A DNA stretch of 64,000 bases from Chrysomallon squamiferum (GCA_012295275.1 CM022671.1:34162001-34226000), one strand, 5' to 3'; shown: positions 1 to 16,574, counted from the stretch's first letter. Numbers and translations are program-made. Notes: generated by a model not told the origin, from the sequence alone.

Positions 1-2912
1 ATATAATTATGCACATCCCATAAACATTAAATTAATGTTAGTGACTTCTTATACTATAACTATTTTTTTATAATCATTATTACTCTGATCAAACCAGTTA
101 TAGATATACCTCCATATATACCTCAGAATGCTGGCTATGCACCACTCTGTCCAATCCAAATTTATTTAATTTCATCATTTATAAATAAATTTACTTCACC
201 TCAGATTGTGAATCTTTTCACTGCAGTACATGATTACAGTTTTTAATAACATAAAATTAAATGGCCTTTTTTTTTTTTTTTTTTTTGAAAGAATGAGAAT
301 AATAATATTTTAAAATAATTATGTCTTTTTAAATTTTACATAATATTATTATATTTAATATCATTTCCCAGAAGATAGACGTGTCTATTTTTGAAACATA
401 TTTTTAAAACATTTAAATTTTCTTTTGTTTATTTATATATTTACTTATGTATTTATTTATTAGTACTTATTTATTTACTGACATAATTATTTATTTATTT
501 ATTCATTTATTCATTTCAGGACTGTAATGTGAAGTACATAGCTGGCTTAATAATTAAAACTTTAAAAAAAGATTTGTGCTTAGCTCCTTACCAAAATAAT
601 TTATTTTATATTAAAGACCAATATTTTTTTCCCCACAGAACAATACATATCAAAATTCATTCATGTTTCCTCTATTTAACTCAACTGCTTTATTCATGAA
701 CTAAAACATGGGCTTTATTTTCGTGAGCTTGAATATTAATTTATAATTTTTGATGAAATTATACAAGTTTATTTCATTTTGTACCATTATTATTATTAGT
801 GTAATTATTATTGCTGCTACTACAGATGTTTTACTTAATTTTTTGTTTAATCGATGTAAAATATTTTACATGCTGGAATCACAATAAGTCAGTTACAAAA
901 ATTAATAAAATACGAGGTGTTAGAAAACTGCACATTTATTAGCAATAATATTGTATAGTTGTCTTTAAATTGAAACTAAGTAGCTGTATATATGTGATTT
1001 CACTCGGACTGGTGTTTGAACAACTTTCGTTTTCATCTTTTGCTAGCATCAACTTTTAAAGAATATATGCAGTGAAATAATTGTACATATTTTGATGTGC
1101 AGTTTTCTAACCCAGTATGATTTTGTTACTGATTTTAAGAATATTACTTCAGATAAAGACAAACAAATTGATTTTAAAACAAATTCAAATAATGAAATCA
1201 TTTACAGAATTTTCATGAAGAGATACATATATATATATATATGTATGTATGTATCTGATAAAGAAAAGGTATCTTAATTAAAACAAAGAATACCATATTA
1301 ATTAACCTACAACTTAAAATAGTCTTATTGTAAATCATGAATGTATAAATTATTATTAATATCCAAATATTACTGTTTCAGCTGCATCTGAAACAAACAT
1401 ATTATTTATTATTATTTTTTCAATTTAATTTTTTTTTTTAAAGAAAGAAAAAGGCTTGTATTAGACTCTGTTGATTTAAAGAGATTTGTTAGTGTATCTT
1501 TCTTCTCTCCACGTTTTCTGTGCTACTGAATTAATTTATTAGAGGTATGTTGCCTGAAAGCATAATCCATCTGTTGTTGTTGTTGTTGTTGTTGTGCTTG
1601 TGTTGCTCTTTTTTGCATCAGCTTTTTACATTTTTCATTTCATCATTTTAATTTCATCACAGAACGAACTGGACCAAAATGTTTATTAAATGTATAAAGA
1701 AACAAATACTGTTTAGCATGTTGTCTTTTTACAAGTTTGTCCTATAGAATATATTGCCATATTTAGTATAGAGAGTGTGGTAACAATGATAATAATAATA
1801 ATGATGATGATGATGATGATAATGAATAAAAAAAAAAAGTTAAAAACAAAAACAAAAAATAATTATAAAAAAGCAAACCTTTATACATATTAATGAATAA
1901 AAAATAAAAAATAAGAATAACAAATTTAAATATATATGTTGTATATGTACTAAAAAAATAAAATAGTAATAAATTATTTTTAAATTTTTACATTAAATAA
2001 ACCATATCTTTAACAAATTAAATATAAAATGAATATTAGGGACCATTCTTGTTATAAATTGATGAAATATTTATGAAAATAAATTTTAAATATACGATCA
2101 TGTAGAACACATTTTACAATTATAATTTAAAATCAGCTATTTTTATATTCATGTAATTTTAAAATATTCATATTTTGTGTGAATTTCTAATAAAGTATAC
2201 TTAAGTTTAAAAAAAAAATAATTTGAAATATCTAAAATATTAATGGTATTGCTATTAATTATAATTATATTAATTTACTGTTATCATCATTATTAGTGTT
2301 GTTATAATAATATTTAGTATTATTATTATTATTGTTATTACTGAAGTACTAATATGGCTGACAGAGGTTTAGATGGGAGGAGCTAATAGAGTATAATACA
2401 CGTTTGTGTATCAGTTCATTGTATCACTGTCATCTTTAATGTACCTCAGGTTTAAACCCAGCAAATAAAAAAGATGGGATACTGTACTGACTTTGTTTTA
2501 TTGCCAGAGTTGTTTTTCACTTTAAAATAGAGAGACGTTTCTCGTTGTACCTGTTCTGCGGAGAAATGGAAGCATTAGAATGTCATTCAAACGAGAAAAG
2601 AAAAGAAATATGAACGGAAATGTAATAATATACTTAACAAATTTCACGAATATGCTTAAAAACCGGTGGCCGTCATAATGGAGATAATCTGCATAATAAA
2701 TACATGTACATATTTGTACATATTTGCGTACATACAGACTTACATATTCATAGTTACGTACATAAATAAACTCGAAAGAAAATATGAAACATATTTGTAT
2801 CTGTGTGTGCGTGCGCGCGCGTGCGTGTGTGTTTAGGTAATTATGTAAATCAGTTACAATAAGGCAAAATTTTAAATACAGCGTTAATACTTGAATCTAC
2901 TATACTTTTTTT

Positions 2913-2970
<58 letters not shown>

Positions 2971-3305
2971 TAAAAATAAAAGAAAGAAAGAACATCAACA
3001 CAAGTTAACTCCAGACCACAACGTTCACACATTGGTTTGATTAAAGAGAAACTATGTATAATTGTATATATATCAAAAGGTATTGTGGGATATTATCATT
3101 TCCGCGTTGCCATATCGCCAAGACCAACATCAAAGACAAACAACGGTTTGTCGGCTATTAGGGATTATCTGAGATAAGCGAAAACAATCGTGTAATCAAA
3201 ACTGCCGTCTGACGACAATCGTTAGTGAATTTGTGGACACAGACGAAAAATTCCCACATATCTCAAAAGACGGAAAATACTACGTATGTCGTGAATGTCT
3301 GTATT

Positions 3306-3372
<67 letters not shown>

Positions 3373-4747
3373 TTTTTTTAATCATTATTAATTTAGTTAG
3401 TTTCTGGAACATTATACCGAATTTTGGAGATATCTTAATGCTAATAATGTTAACAGAAAAAGGTGGTAGCTACAAGCACTAAATAGCTATGAACTCATTG
3501 CATTAATAGTCGCAAAAAAAAACACCCAAAAAACCCCCAACAGAATGTTAAATATAAAAAAAAACAAAAAAACTTTTAATCCTTGAACCCAAGTCCTTTA
3601 CTATGACATGAAAACACCAAGTGTATTATTTTGTCTATAGTAAACTTAAGTCTGCGCTTGTCAAAAGAAAAAAGGAAAAAAAAAAAAAAAAAAAAAAGAT
3701 GAGAGAACATGAGATAACAGTTGATCCGGTCCCAGACATCTTGACAAGTGCCACTGAGAACCCGACTGGTCGGCGAACAATCTAGCCAGAACGTCATGAC
3801 CTCGATTTAGATTCCGCGGTAACCTGCGCACGCCGTGAGAAAAATGCCGGCAAATCGCGGAAGACGTTTTGGGTAACTGAAGGCGGAGCTTTTAATTTAA
3901 ATTATAGGTTTTGAAAATAACGTGGGTGGAGCAAACTGGCAATGGGGCGGGGATGTCTTTACAGCTATTACAGTATTATTATTTATAAATATCATTAACA
4001 ACAACATCATTAACATTATATTGTTAATAAAAATTAAGTGTAATTAAAAAAAGAAGAAGAAGAAGAAAAGAAAAGAATAAAAGAAAAAGAAAAAAGAGGA
4101 AAAAAGCGAAAAAAATGAGATAAAAAGAATAGATACACAGTCATCTAAACGCAAAATAAATAAAATAAAAAGTAATATTGAGTAAAAAGAAAAAAGAAAG
4201 AAAGAAGAAAAAAGTAATAATAATAATAATAATAAATAATATAATATAATATAATATAAGATACAATAAATAACACCATGTGTAATAATAATTAAAACAA
4301 AAAATATATGTATATATATAAAAAAAACCTTTCCTTTCAAGATTCACTTCCAGTGCGACAATTAGCTTTTAAACCACGTGACTTCTTAGCCTGTGACACT
4401 GCTAATCTGACTTATAACAAGATTAACTTCTAGTCTAATACAAACACTGCTGAAGTTGTGCTGTCACGTAATTGTGTAGACAGTCTACGTCATGTTGATG
4501 TGGGAGGGACTGATGAGATTTGTTCCACCCAGTTTATCTGTGCCGGTGTCAAACTAATGGTTTCAATTAGCTAGTTACGATTGTACGTATTACTCAAGGG
4601 AGATAACAACGGACAGTAAACAGAAACAAAAAGCCTTTGATTAGGGTGGCTCAGTGGTGATCTTGGAAGATTTTGTGTGTGTGTGCGTGCGTGCGGGCAT
4701 GTGTGAGCGTTTGGTTGTGTGCGCATACCTGAGTATATGCATGTGTC

Positions 4748-4778
<31 letters not shown>

Positions 4779-6006
4779 ATAAGATGTGCGTGCGTGCCAA
4801 TCTCTCATGCGTATATGTGTCCACGAGTTTGTATCTTTCTTAAATATTTAAGAATTTTAATTTGGTTATTTTAAGTATTACTGTTTATTTTTAAAAAAAT
4901 ATCTAAAGTAAAGTAAACAAAAAAAATAATAAAAATAAAAATAAATGAAAGTTATAATTTACTTTAATTCTTGTCTTTTCAGTTAAAATTAAAACGAAAA
5001 AAAAATTCGATTTATGTCTTTACAAATATCAATACAAGACATACAATTATGTGAATTTCATTTCATTTTTTTTTTCTTTTTTTTTTCTACCACGTTCTAG
5101 TACTTGATGCGATTATTTCCCTTTTACCTAATCTTAGTTATCCCTCTTGGTTAAGATAAACGGGATGTAAACGTCATTAGATCATGGGCTTCATTAACTA
5201 CCGTGGAAGTGCGCAAATAAATGTTTATTTATATCGTCGAGGGCGGAGTTGTTGGGATTATCTGACGTGGGAATCGACGTCGTTTCGTTGTTGAATACCA
5301 AACATGAAGAGAAAGGACCAGATTAAAACGCAGGGACAACGTCAAATTAATTACTCGTAACCGTCGTTAGCTGTTGTTGACGTTGTCGCTGTTTTTATAG
5401 TTGTTGTTATTATCGTATTCGTAGCAGATGTTATTCTTGTCGTTACTATTTTTATTGTTGTTGATATTTTTTTAAAATAACATATTAATAAATACTTTCA
5501 TTAATAATTACAAAACCATTAATAATAACAAAAACAAATAATAATAATAATAATAATAATGATGATGATGATGATGATGATGAAAATAAAAATAATAATA
5601 ATAATAATGTTATTATTATTATTAATATTATTATTATTGTTATTATTGTTGTTATTTCTTTTGCTGCTGTTGTTTTTATTGTTAATTATTATTCTTACTG
5701 TCGCTGTCGTCGTTGGTTGTGTTGTACGTAAACCTAATACGTCATATTTACACAGATCTACTTTATCGTACAATAGTTAATAATATTTATGACTCTTTTA
5801 CCCCAGCTTTATCCGTATTTGATAAACATTTACACAAACAAACGATTAAATACCGTTTGTTATAAACTGTTATTACATACATTAGGTAATCAGACAAAAC
5901 TGGCAAACAATAGAAAACACTTACAGGACTGAGTAGAACCAGAGTTTTGTAAACTATAAACATTTTACCTCACGAACTTCAAAATACGAAGCTAACCTAA
6001 CGCTGA

Positions 6007-6138
6007 TACCTGAATTCTTAATCTCTTTTTACCTGTATACCTGGATTGTTAATCTCCTGTTATCCGTATACCTGCATTTTTAATCCCTTCCTATTCGTAC
6101 TCCTGGAGTTTTAATCCATGCCTACCTGTATACCTGGT
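6007..6138. repeat. Degenerate ~30-bp minisatellite (~4 copies)
   Basis: Recurring TA(C/T)CTGTATACCTGGATTxTTAATC-like unit. Confidence 0.6.
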
Positions 6139-6689
6139 GCTTCAGTTTCTCTTTAACTGGATTAACTGATTGTGTTTTTCTTTCTTTATAACTGAAAAAC
6201 AACTGCTCAGCTTTGTGGAAATTTTTATCTGATTTACCTGCACAAGATAAACTGTTTATAGATCTGTGAAAGTGAAGAGGCTTGAAACTAATATTCTTGT
6301 GAAATAATGTAGGTTTTAAAGTAGTGATTACGTCATGTCGTAGAATCAGTCTAATGTACATGAAGTGGAAACAAACTTGAAGAAGAAGAAGGATGAGAAA
6401 GAGTATAAAAATTAATTTGAAATAATATTAAAAAAAAATAAAAATAAAAAAAATAACATCTTTCATTTATTTTAATTAGATTTGAATATATTAGCGATAA
6501 TAATAACAATAATAGCAAAAACAACATCAACAACAACAACAACTATAATAATAATAATAATAATGATAATAATAATAATAACCGCAATATTACAAATTAG
6601 AAACATGAATAAAATGTCAGCTTTAATAATGAAAGACTAATAACAAGAACATTATTACTCCTACTACTGTTATTATTATTATTATTATT

Positions 6690-6720
<31 letters not shown>

Positions 6721-6978
6721 GTTCTACTACTATTTTAATATTGTTGTTGTTGTTGTTGTTGCTATCGTCGTCGTCGATAAAATTACTATCTATTTCCTCT
6801 ACACTCTAGCCGAAATATTCAAACCCTCAGAGAATGTTTTATGATTTAAGTTTAAATTGCTAATTTTAGTCTAGATACTTATTTAAAAATATAAGTTAAT
6901 TATAGAGTTAATTTTGTTTATGCTGAAAGGAGTTTGTATTTTAATTAATTAAAGACCTGATGCTATTATTTATTTATT

Positions 6979-7135
<157 letters not shown>

Positions 7136-8880
7136 AATTTCATTATATTTTCATCACCGTAGTCATGTTCTTTAACGTATTCTTCATTTTTTTGTTATCA
7201 CTATTTCTTCTTCCTCTTCTTGTGTTTCACTTTTAAATTACGAAGAGAAAAAACAACAACCAAGAACCCACCAAAAAAAACAAGAAAAGATCCTTATCTT
7301 AATGTCTACTGTTTGTGTGTCTTATCTCCACCGAAGGCAGTGCACGTTTTCTGTCAATATATACGATGGTAAATGGTTTGTTGATGGAGATGTTTGCACC
7401 TCCCTCAATCACACGCTTTTCACTGGACGCCAAACTGAAACGTTACCGGATTGTCTCGGCTAAACACCGGCTCATTAATCAGCGCTGTCCGAGATTACAT
7501 TACAACAGAACACAGAAAAGTGAACACGTGTCGTTTTTCAGTTTAAATCTGAGCGAGTTAATTTTAGTCTACTTGTTTGTTTAAAAATCTGAATATAATA
7601 TATAAATATATGAACAAATTGTGTAATTCTAATCGAATAATGTTTTATTTAATGCTGAATGAATTTTTGAATATTAATTAGTTAATTAATTAATGAAATT
7701 ATTTTATTTTTAAATTAAATTTAATATCTGAAATTAAGAATATGAATTTAATTAAACAGTAATTTTTTAAACATACCATAACTTAGAATAAATAATATAC
7801 CTTTAATGAAAATAATTTATTTATAAGATAATTTTAAATATCTGTTTCTTTTATTAATTTTTATAGCTTTGATAACATGCATTTAATAATTGGTTGAATA
7901 TTAAATAATAATGACAAAGACATATTTCTTTCTTTCTTATTTGTTTGTTTGTTTGTTTATTTATTTATTTATTTAAGAGTAGTAAAAACACACACCCACA
8001 AAAAAAACCCCATCTATTTATAAATCTATAAATCAATAAAAATAATAATAATAAAAACAACAACCCCAAAACCCAGTAACAACAAACAAATAACAAAACC
8101 CAAAGCAAACAACAATAATGAGACAAAAAGATATTATTGCTATTGTTGTACGTATTTGTTATTTAAATTCAGATAAATATCTTGACAATGTTTCAGTAGT
8201 TCATAATATAAACAATTTAAAATAATTATTATTACTTTTTTATTCACAAGAAAAAAAAAAAAAAAAAAAAAAAAAGATAAATAAATAAAATGAAATAATT
8301 AAAAATAATACTCCATTAAGAAATCCTGAAAAAAAGAAGGTAATTTCATCATCAAAATATAAATATATATACATATTTTCAGTAAATATAAATAACAATT
8401 TATTATTTTCTGATTATTTTGTATGAATACATTTTTACTGTTACTGAGATATAAATATTTGCTTTTGTTCAAAATTGTATGTGTTCAAATTTAAGAGAAC
8501 TTATATTTTTATGAACGCTGTTAAACATTTTATAAATTTATGAATAATGTATAACAATGATTATGTTTTAGACGGTGGTATTTACTTTTTAATTTATAAC
8601 TTAATTATTTAATATCTTTCTCGTTCTTCTTCTTCTTCTTTTTTTTTTTTATCAATTCTAAATATAAAATTTCTTTCTTTCTTATATATTCTCACAGATT
8701 AGTTCTATGTCATTATTGTAGAAATATATTTTTGAAATACTTTTTCCGTTGTTTTAAAAATCTTCATATTACATCTTTGTTATGGATTAGTATATAACGT
8801 TATTAGTCACGAAATTTGTTTTTATTCTGAAAGTAAAGTTTGTCTGTTTATGATATTTTAAACTTTATATAGATTTCTCA

Positions 8881-8951
<71 letters not shown>

Positions 8952-9564
8952 CAATAAAATTAAATAAATAATTAAATAATTAAATAAATAAATAAATCTA
9001 GAAACATAATTTTATGATTTTGATTTAAAAAAAAAAATTAATAAAAATACATAAATAAATTAAAAAAAGAACCCACATAATTATGAAAGGACAAAAATCT
9101 GACATTACTAAGAAAATTTTATTTTAAATATGTTGTTGCATAAATTAGAAAAAAAAAAAAATAATAATAACAATAATAATAATAATAATAATAACAACAA
9201 TAAAAGACAAAACCCCGACAAACAAACAACACAACAGCAAACAAAAAAAAAAAAAAAAAAAAAAAAAATAATAATAATAAAAAAATTAACACTAAAAACA
9301 GTAACAAAAAATAAAATCAACAGAATTAAAAGTAGCAATACGCGTATAATTATTTTTTATTTTTAAATATTTAATTTAATTTAATTTTATTAATTTTTTT
9401 CATAACGTTCTCGATTTTATTTTATTTTATTTATATAAAAATGCATCTTATTATTATTATTCAGATCTTTAGTTGAAATAAAGATTATTATGGGCCGTCG
9501 AATATGTGACGCACAGAATAAAGATGAATAATAAAATCGTGGAAGACATAAACCATGACAATTA

Positions 9565-9615
<51 letters not shown>

Positions 9616-9772
9616 CATTAGAATAGTTTAAATAATTATTTAGTATTGTTCCATTTGTGAGCTACTGAATATTTATTGGTGCAAAAACGTTCTTTCATAT
9701 TCAACATTAAGAATAAAATACATAAATAAATAAATATCAAATAAATAATAATAAATGTATAAATAAATTACA

Positions 9773-9833
<61 letters not shown>

Positions 9834-9840
9834 GAATGAA

Positions 9841-9883
<43 letters not shown>

Positions 9884-11774
9884 ATTTCGTTGTGCAATAT
9901 TTAGTTGCTATATGTTAAACTGTGCTGTTCACTAAGTTTTACTAAATATAAATAACTATATCATAAAATAATAAAAGATTAAACCGAATAAAGTTTCCGA
10001 AACTACTACATTCTGTAATAAACATTTTTTTATTAGACTACAATATTTTTATTAAGTGATAGGAATATTAAATAATTTAACTTATTAGATACATATGTAA
10101 ATGTAATAAATTAAGAAAACATTATTTACGTTGGTAATTAAATCCTGCAAGTAATTTTTACGTCCGAAAAATAAAGTTAAATTCAACGACTGCAAAAAAA
10201 TCGATGACCTACAACAAAATCAACGACATCGGCAACGACGGTCTTCCAGACAACAGCAACAACAACAACAACAATAATTTACTTTGAGCTAAGATAAAGA
10301 ATATGTACATATTAATCATAAATATTAACTACATATTTAGCTAAAATATAAACACATCACAACAAAATTTCATATATTTCTTTCACTTATATTTATTTCT
10401 GGGTTTTGTTTTATGTACAAATTAATAAAAGCACATTACAAGTATAGTTATATACAAGAAGTATAAAATTAATACAAAATTAATTAAAGCAAATAATTTT
10501 ATTTACAAAACAGGAGGTCTGTTCATCATTGTATATGCACGAGAATTCGATATAAGAATTCAATACTATATTATTTGAAATAAACTTTTATTAACCAAAC
10601 CTTCCCTTCTATTATGTGAAATAATATTTTATACACGGTTTCATTTATCAAAACTCTACAATGTTGTTTAGAACTATTAGTTTAAAAGAAAAGAAGAAGA
10701 AGAAAAAGAAGAAGAAGAAAGAAATAAAGAAAGAAAAATAAATAAAAGAAAAAAGAAAGAACAAGGGGAGAATTATAATAAATCTCGCCAAAGTTTTTAA
10801 TTTTTTTTTTCTTTTCATTTATGTTTAAGCATTTACTTTTTATAAAAATAATTATACACTGTTAATTTTTTTCCTTAAACCACTTCAAAATGTAAAATAT
10901 ATAAATAAATAATTATAAATATATATATAAAAAAATGATAATGAAAAAATAAAATACAAGTAAATAAATAAATAATTATATATATAAATAATAACGAAAA
11001 AAATAAATAAAAATAATAATAAATACAAGTAAATAAATAAATAAATAAATAAATAAGCCTCATTTTGAATGTCACCTGGATTTGTTAAATTAGGTAAAAC
11101 AGTTATCTGTCACAAATTCCATAATAAAAGTTTATCAAGGTTGTCGTCTGCTTTTTTTTCTCTCTTTCTCTCTCACTTCAGTTGCGCGCCATTCAGACTG
11201 CACGCGCTCCTAACGAGACGAGACGAAGCAGATCGTTAATGTTTCAAGTAGCACCGCAGACACTTCGGCCTCTTCCACAGGAAAACGAGATCAGTTTCAA
11301 AACACGGAAGTCGTCTGCTATAAAGTCGGCTGCACGAGAGAGGGCGCTGAGTAGTTTCTGCAAAAACAAACACGCCACCTGGTGTTATGAAATTGATATA
11401 ATTGAAATGCGTTTGAAGTAACATGATAAATAATCAGTTTTCGATATTCTGGCAACGGAGGATTAATTCAGGTGAATGTAACGGAAAATAAAACGAAATA
11501 ATACGTTTACTTACGAAAATAATAGGAAATTAAAATAAAGTTTTAGGAATAGTAGTAAAAGTAGTAGTAGTTGTAGTAGCAGTAGTAGCGGCAGTAGAAG
11601 ATGTAGTAGCAGTGGTAGTAGTTGTAGTAGAAGCAGTAGAAGAAGAAGTATTAGCAGTGATAAATTTATGATATTTATGTTAAAGTTGATAATAATACGA
11701 CATCAGCAACCGAAGAAGAAGAAGAAGAAGAAGAAGAAGAAATTGAAAACAACAACAACAACAACAACAACAAC

Positions 11775-11806
<32 letters not shown>

Positions 11807-12184
11807 GTAGTAGTAAGTAACAACAACAACAACAATAATAATAATAAGAAGAAGAAGAAGAAGAAGAAGACGACGAAGAAGTTTGTTTTGAAATATAATT
11901 AGATATAGTCAAACATTACGAAATAAAACAAAGATATAACGTTATATTTACATCATTCGTCTGTCTGTGATATCTCTAACAGTTAATATTATACATTAAT
12001 TTAAAAGTAATATAAAAATAAGAAAATGTAATTTTTTGGTTGTTGTTGTTTTATTGATTGTTTACATCCTTATTTATTTATTTATTTTAAAATGTATTCT
12101 CTATACAATTTTCTTTAATTTTACAATAAATTTACTATACCTTACATTGTTATTATTACTATTACTATTATAATTATAATTATA

Positions 12185-12241
<57 letters not shown>

Positions 12242-14194
12242 TTTATTGCTGTTATTGTTATTTTAATATTATGTTATATCAATTATTTATTTACGTATAA
12301 TAATGTTTTTATACTAACGTTCTATTTAAAAATTTAATCTGCTCAGACAATATTAATTTTAAAATTTCTTTTAAAGGCTAACCTTTTATATAAAAAAATA
12401 AAAATATACTAACACGTAATATATTAATACATAAATAAATTTCAGTATTTTCTAACTAATTACCGTTAATATACTAATTCAAAGTTCATTTTATGTGGTT
12501 TTTTTGTTTAATTTGTTTTCTTTCTTTCAGATTTAAAATATTCTTTCTTGCAGTTTTAACTGAGGTATAGATTATAATTATTTCAACAAAATCATTTAGT
12601 AGATGAATAAATAAACAAATAAACAAGAAAATATATATTTGAGTTAAATATTTTCCTTAAATTCTTCAGTATATTTAAATTTCGCGTTTCTAACATATCA
12701 ACTTTTATTTAAGATTAAATAAAAAAATTAAACAATAATAATAATAATAAATAAATAAAGAGTGAATATTTCTTATTAAATAATATTTCGAAACAAAATA
12801 ATTAGAATAACTGAAATAAAATAAAATAAAATAAAATAAAATAAAATAAAATGTAATAAAATAAAATAAAATAAAATAAAATAATAAAATATAAGTTAAT
12901 TTATAATAATTAAAATAATGAAATTTTAAAAAACAACGAAAAAAAGAAGAACTAAATGAAAGAAAAAAGCTTAATGAATATGGAAATACAAAGCAAACTG
13001 TAAATGAATGTTTAATTGTTTAAAATTTACTTTTTAAAAAGGTTATGAATAATATAATAAAATTAGTTTTGTTTCAAAGATAATTTTTGTTTTTATATTT
13101 TAATTTTCAATTTAAAATGATTATTTTGTTCACATCGTTTTTCGAGTAGAAAATATGTTTGAAACAAACAAACAAAACAAACAATAAATAAATAAATTAA
13201 CAAAATATTAAGTTATTTAATTCAGTTATTATTCTTATTCATATTTATTTTTGAAAATCCTTGTATTTATAAATATTAAGTATCTACACAAATATCTATA
13301 GTATTATAATTACAGTATACTTTAAGTAATTTTTTCTATGTAGTATGTTTGTTATATTAAATATGATATTTCAATATACTAATATAAATTGTTTTTGAAA
13401 TATCTAAGCACATATTTATAGTTTTATATTGTATTTTTAAAATAAAATATTTTATAATTTTATATTTTTAAATATTTAAATTGACTTTAAAAAAGAAGAA
13501 AAGAAACCATTTTTTTTAACATATAATTTAGTAGCTTACATTTCTTATTTAATCGGCTAACTGATAATTTCATATTTTAACTGTAAAATAATCTGTGCTT
13601 TCAAATCGCATCTTCTAAGCATTTAATTGTATGTGTAATATACAATTAAATATATGTCAAATATTTATTAAGAATATATATATATATATATATATTTCAT
13701 ATAGTACGTTTTTAATTAATTTTATATATTTAATTAATAAATTATTATTTCAAAAATAATATTTAAAAAAAATAAAAAATCATATATATTTCTATTAATT
13801 AATAATGAATTAATGCAAAATATATGACAGGCGCGTGCATAACATCATAATCATTTTTTCAAATATTTGGTTTAACAGGCGTACTCACAATCTCATATTT
13901 TCAAATATGTAATCAGACGTATAAACAGTTTCATATCGTATTGTTTCACGTAATGTATGAGGTGATAATTTGATAAAGTCAACACCGACAGACGACCACG
14001 CATACGACGGTGACGACGTCCTGCGGCGAGGTTTCGTGTTTGGCGACGCCTAAAACATTTCTAAGAGCGAGCGCTCACCCGCCGTTCAAGTTATGTCGAG
14101 GGTTTGTCAAAACGACGGACTCCCGGGAAACGTGCAGGGTTTGTCAAAACGACGGTGTGTGGGAAACGTGCAGTTGTGTCGTGTGTGCTCTGTG

Positions 14195-14239
14195 TGTGTG
14201 TGATAACAAATGTGTGTGTCTGTGTGTGTGTGTGTGTGT

Positions 14240-14286
<47 letters not shown>

Positions 14287-14990
14287 TCTGTGTCTGTCTG
14301 TGTGTGTGTCTGTGTGTGTGTCTGTGTGTGTGTATGTTTGTTTGTGTCTGTATCTGTGTGTGTGTGTCTCTGTGTGTGTGTGTGTCTGTCTGTGTGTGTG
14401 TCTGTGTGTGTGTCTGTGTGTGTGTGTTTGTTTGTGTCTGTGTGTGTGTGTGTGTGTGTGTCTGTGTGTTTGTGTGTCTGTCTGTGTGTGTCTCTGTGTG
14501 TGTGTGTCTGTGTGTGTGTCTGTGCGTCTCTGTGTGTGTGTGTGTCTGTGTGTGTGAGTATATTGTATTGCATTGTATTGTATTGTATTGCATTGCCTTA
14601 TATTGTATTGTATTATGTTGCAGTGTATTGTATTATATCGAATTATATTGTATAATATTGTATTGCATTTTATTATACTGAATTATATTGTTTTATATTG
14701 TATTGTTTTGCATTATATTATAGTGTATTATGTTATATTGTATTGCACTATAATTATATTGTATTACATTGTATTGTATTGTATTGTATTGTATATATTT
14801 TATGTTATATATTATTATAATGTATTATATTGTTACATATAATATAGTATAATTTTTTATATCACACTGCCTTACATTACTTACATTGCGTTGTATTATA
14901 TTATATTATATTATATTATATTATATTATATTATATTATATTATATTATATTATATTATATTATATTATATATTATATTATATTATGTAA
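14195..14990. repeat. Compound microsatellite: (GT/GTCT)n followed by (TATTG)n/(TATTA)n
   Basis: Read directly; source of the CV/HT/YCIVL pseudo-ORFs. Confidence 0.95.
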
Positions 14991-15363
14991 TTAATTTTTT
15001 TTAATTGAAAAAATTTTTTTTCCGTAAATGTATAGTTTTCATGTGTGTTCCTGTGCGTGCGTGCGTGTGTGTGATCATGTTTGTGTATCACTGATTAATT
15101 CTAATTAATAATAACATCATTCCTCTAATATTGTTTGAATATATAAAAATAATTATGAAGTTTGAAGGTGATGCTTCGTAACAAGTTATTTTTGAAAATT
15201 TGAAAATTATTTTTAAAAAGCTTATTTATAATATTAAATATTATATTAACTTTTTCACCACTAACAATGCAAATTTTGTCCATGCATTTGTCATTGCATA
15301 TGACAAAATGTATAAGGAAAAGATAATGATATTCAGTTCTTTTTCTTTTAATTTTTACATTTA

Positions 15364-15408
<45 letters not shown>

Positions 15409-15612
15409 AACAATAACAATAAATAAATAAATTAAAAAATAACCCACAAAAAGCACGACCACCAGTAGTAACAATGAAAATTTTGTTCTGTTAACCTACT
15501 ACAAGTTCTTTCTTTTTCCCTGCACTTTTAACCCTCTGACATGATGGTCACATCAGAATTGTTATATGAGGGTAACACCATTTATTTTACAATGCTGGGT
15601 AGCAATAAAAAG

Positions 15613-15686
<74 letters not shown>

Positions 15687-16367
15687 CTATATTTTTCTTT
15701 CTTTCTCTCTGCATAAAATCTTCTGTGTGTATTTAATCACAATAACAATAGATATAAAAAGGCAGATAAAAAGAAAGAAAATAAAATGTACTTGAAATAA
15801 AAAAAAATAGAAAGTAAATAAATAAAAAAATAAATAAATAATACTAAACAAATAAATAAAAGACAATACAAAAAAAATATATCCCCAAAACAAAATAGCA
15901 ACAACAACTGAAAACAATAAATAAAAAAATAAATAAACGAACCCCCCCAAAATAAAAAAAAACAGAAGAAAAACAAAATAAAATAAAACATTTACCGTAA
16001 CCTCTTTAACATCAATCTACAAAACTGCAGTAAATTAAAACAGTTATTATAAATATATTTACAACGATCAATACAATAAGAAAAATGATGGCTTATTTGA
16101 TGCAAATTCTTCATTTCGTTTGTTGTTTTATTAACCTAATTATTTACCTGTTTATCGATCTACCTGGTTACGTCTGTAGCTTTGTGATGTTAATAATTCT
16201 TCTCTATTTTAACAACTTTATTATTTAATTTTCATATTATTTTTACCACATAGACAAGTGTTTTTGCATCTAATTAGGCTTTTTGACTTCGATATAGATA
16301 TACATTTACATACAGTTTTATTACTATTACTTGCTGTTAATTCATTATAATTCTTGTACAGTTTTTT

Positions 16368-16420
<53 letters not shown>

Positions 16421-16508
16421 GATAACGGAATGTTAATATTAAAAATATATTTCAAACATCAGCATTTGAATTAAGTAATATTAGTTATTATTACATTATA
16501 GTCACGAC

Positions 16509-16574
<66 letters not shown>

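Noticed and set aside
1-2600. 3' UTR of a gene lying left of the window
   Set aside because: Plausible from composition, but no exon or diagnostic signal can be shown; AATAAA is ubiquitous here.
11182-11421. 79-aa ORF after a good plus-strand acceptor (CACTTCAG|)
   Set aside because: No recognisable domain, no linked exons and no ATG start. It may be a non-coding exon or enhancer, but is not supportable as a CDS.
14010-14681. Long Cys/Val-rich and His/Thr-rich ORFs (also 36639-37022 and similar)
   Set aside because: They are translations of (GT)n microsatellites, not metallothionein-like proteins.
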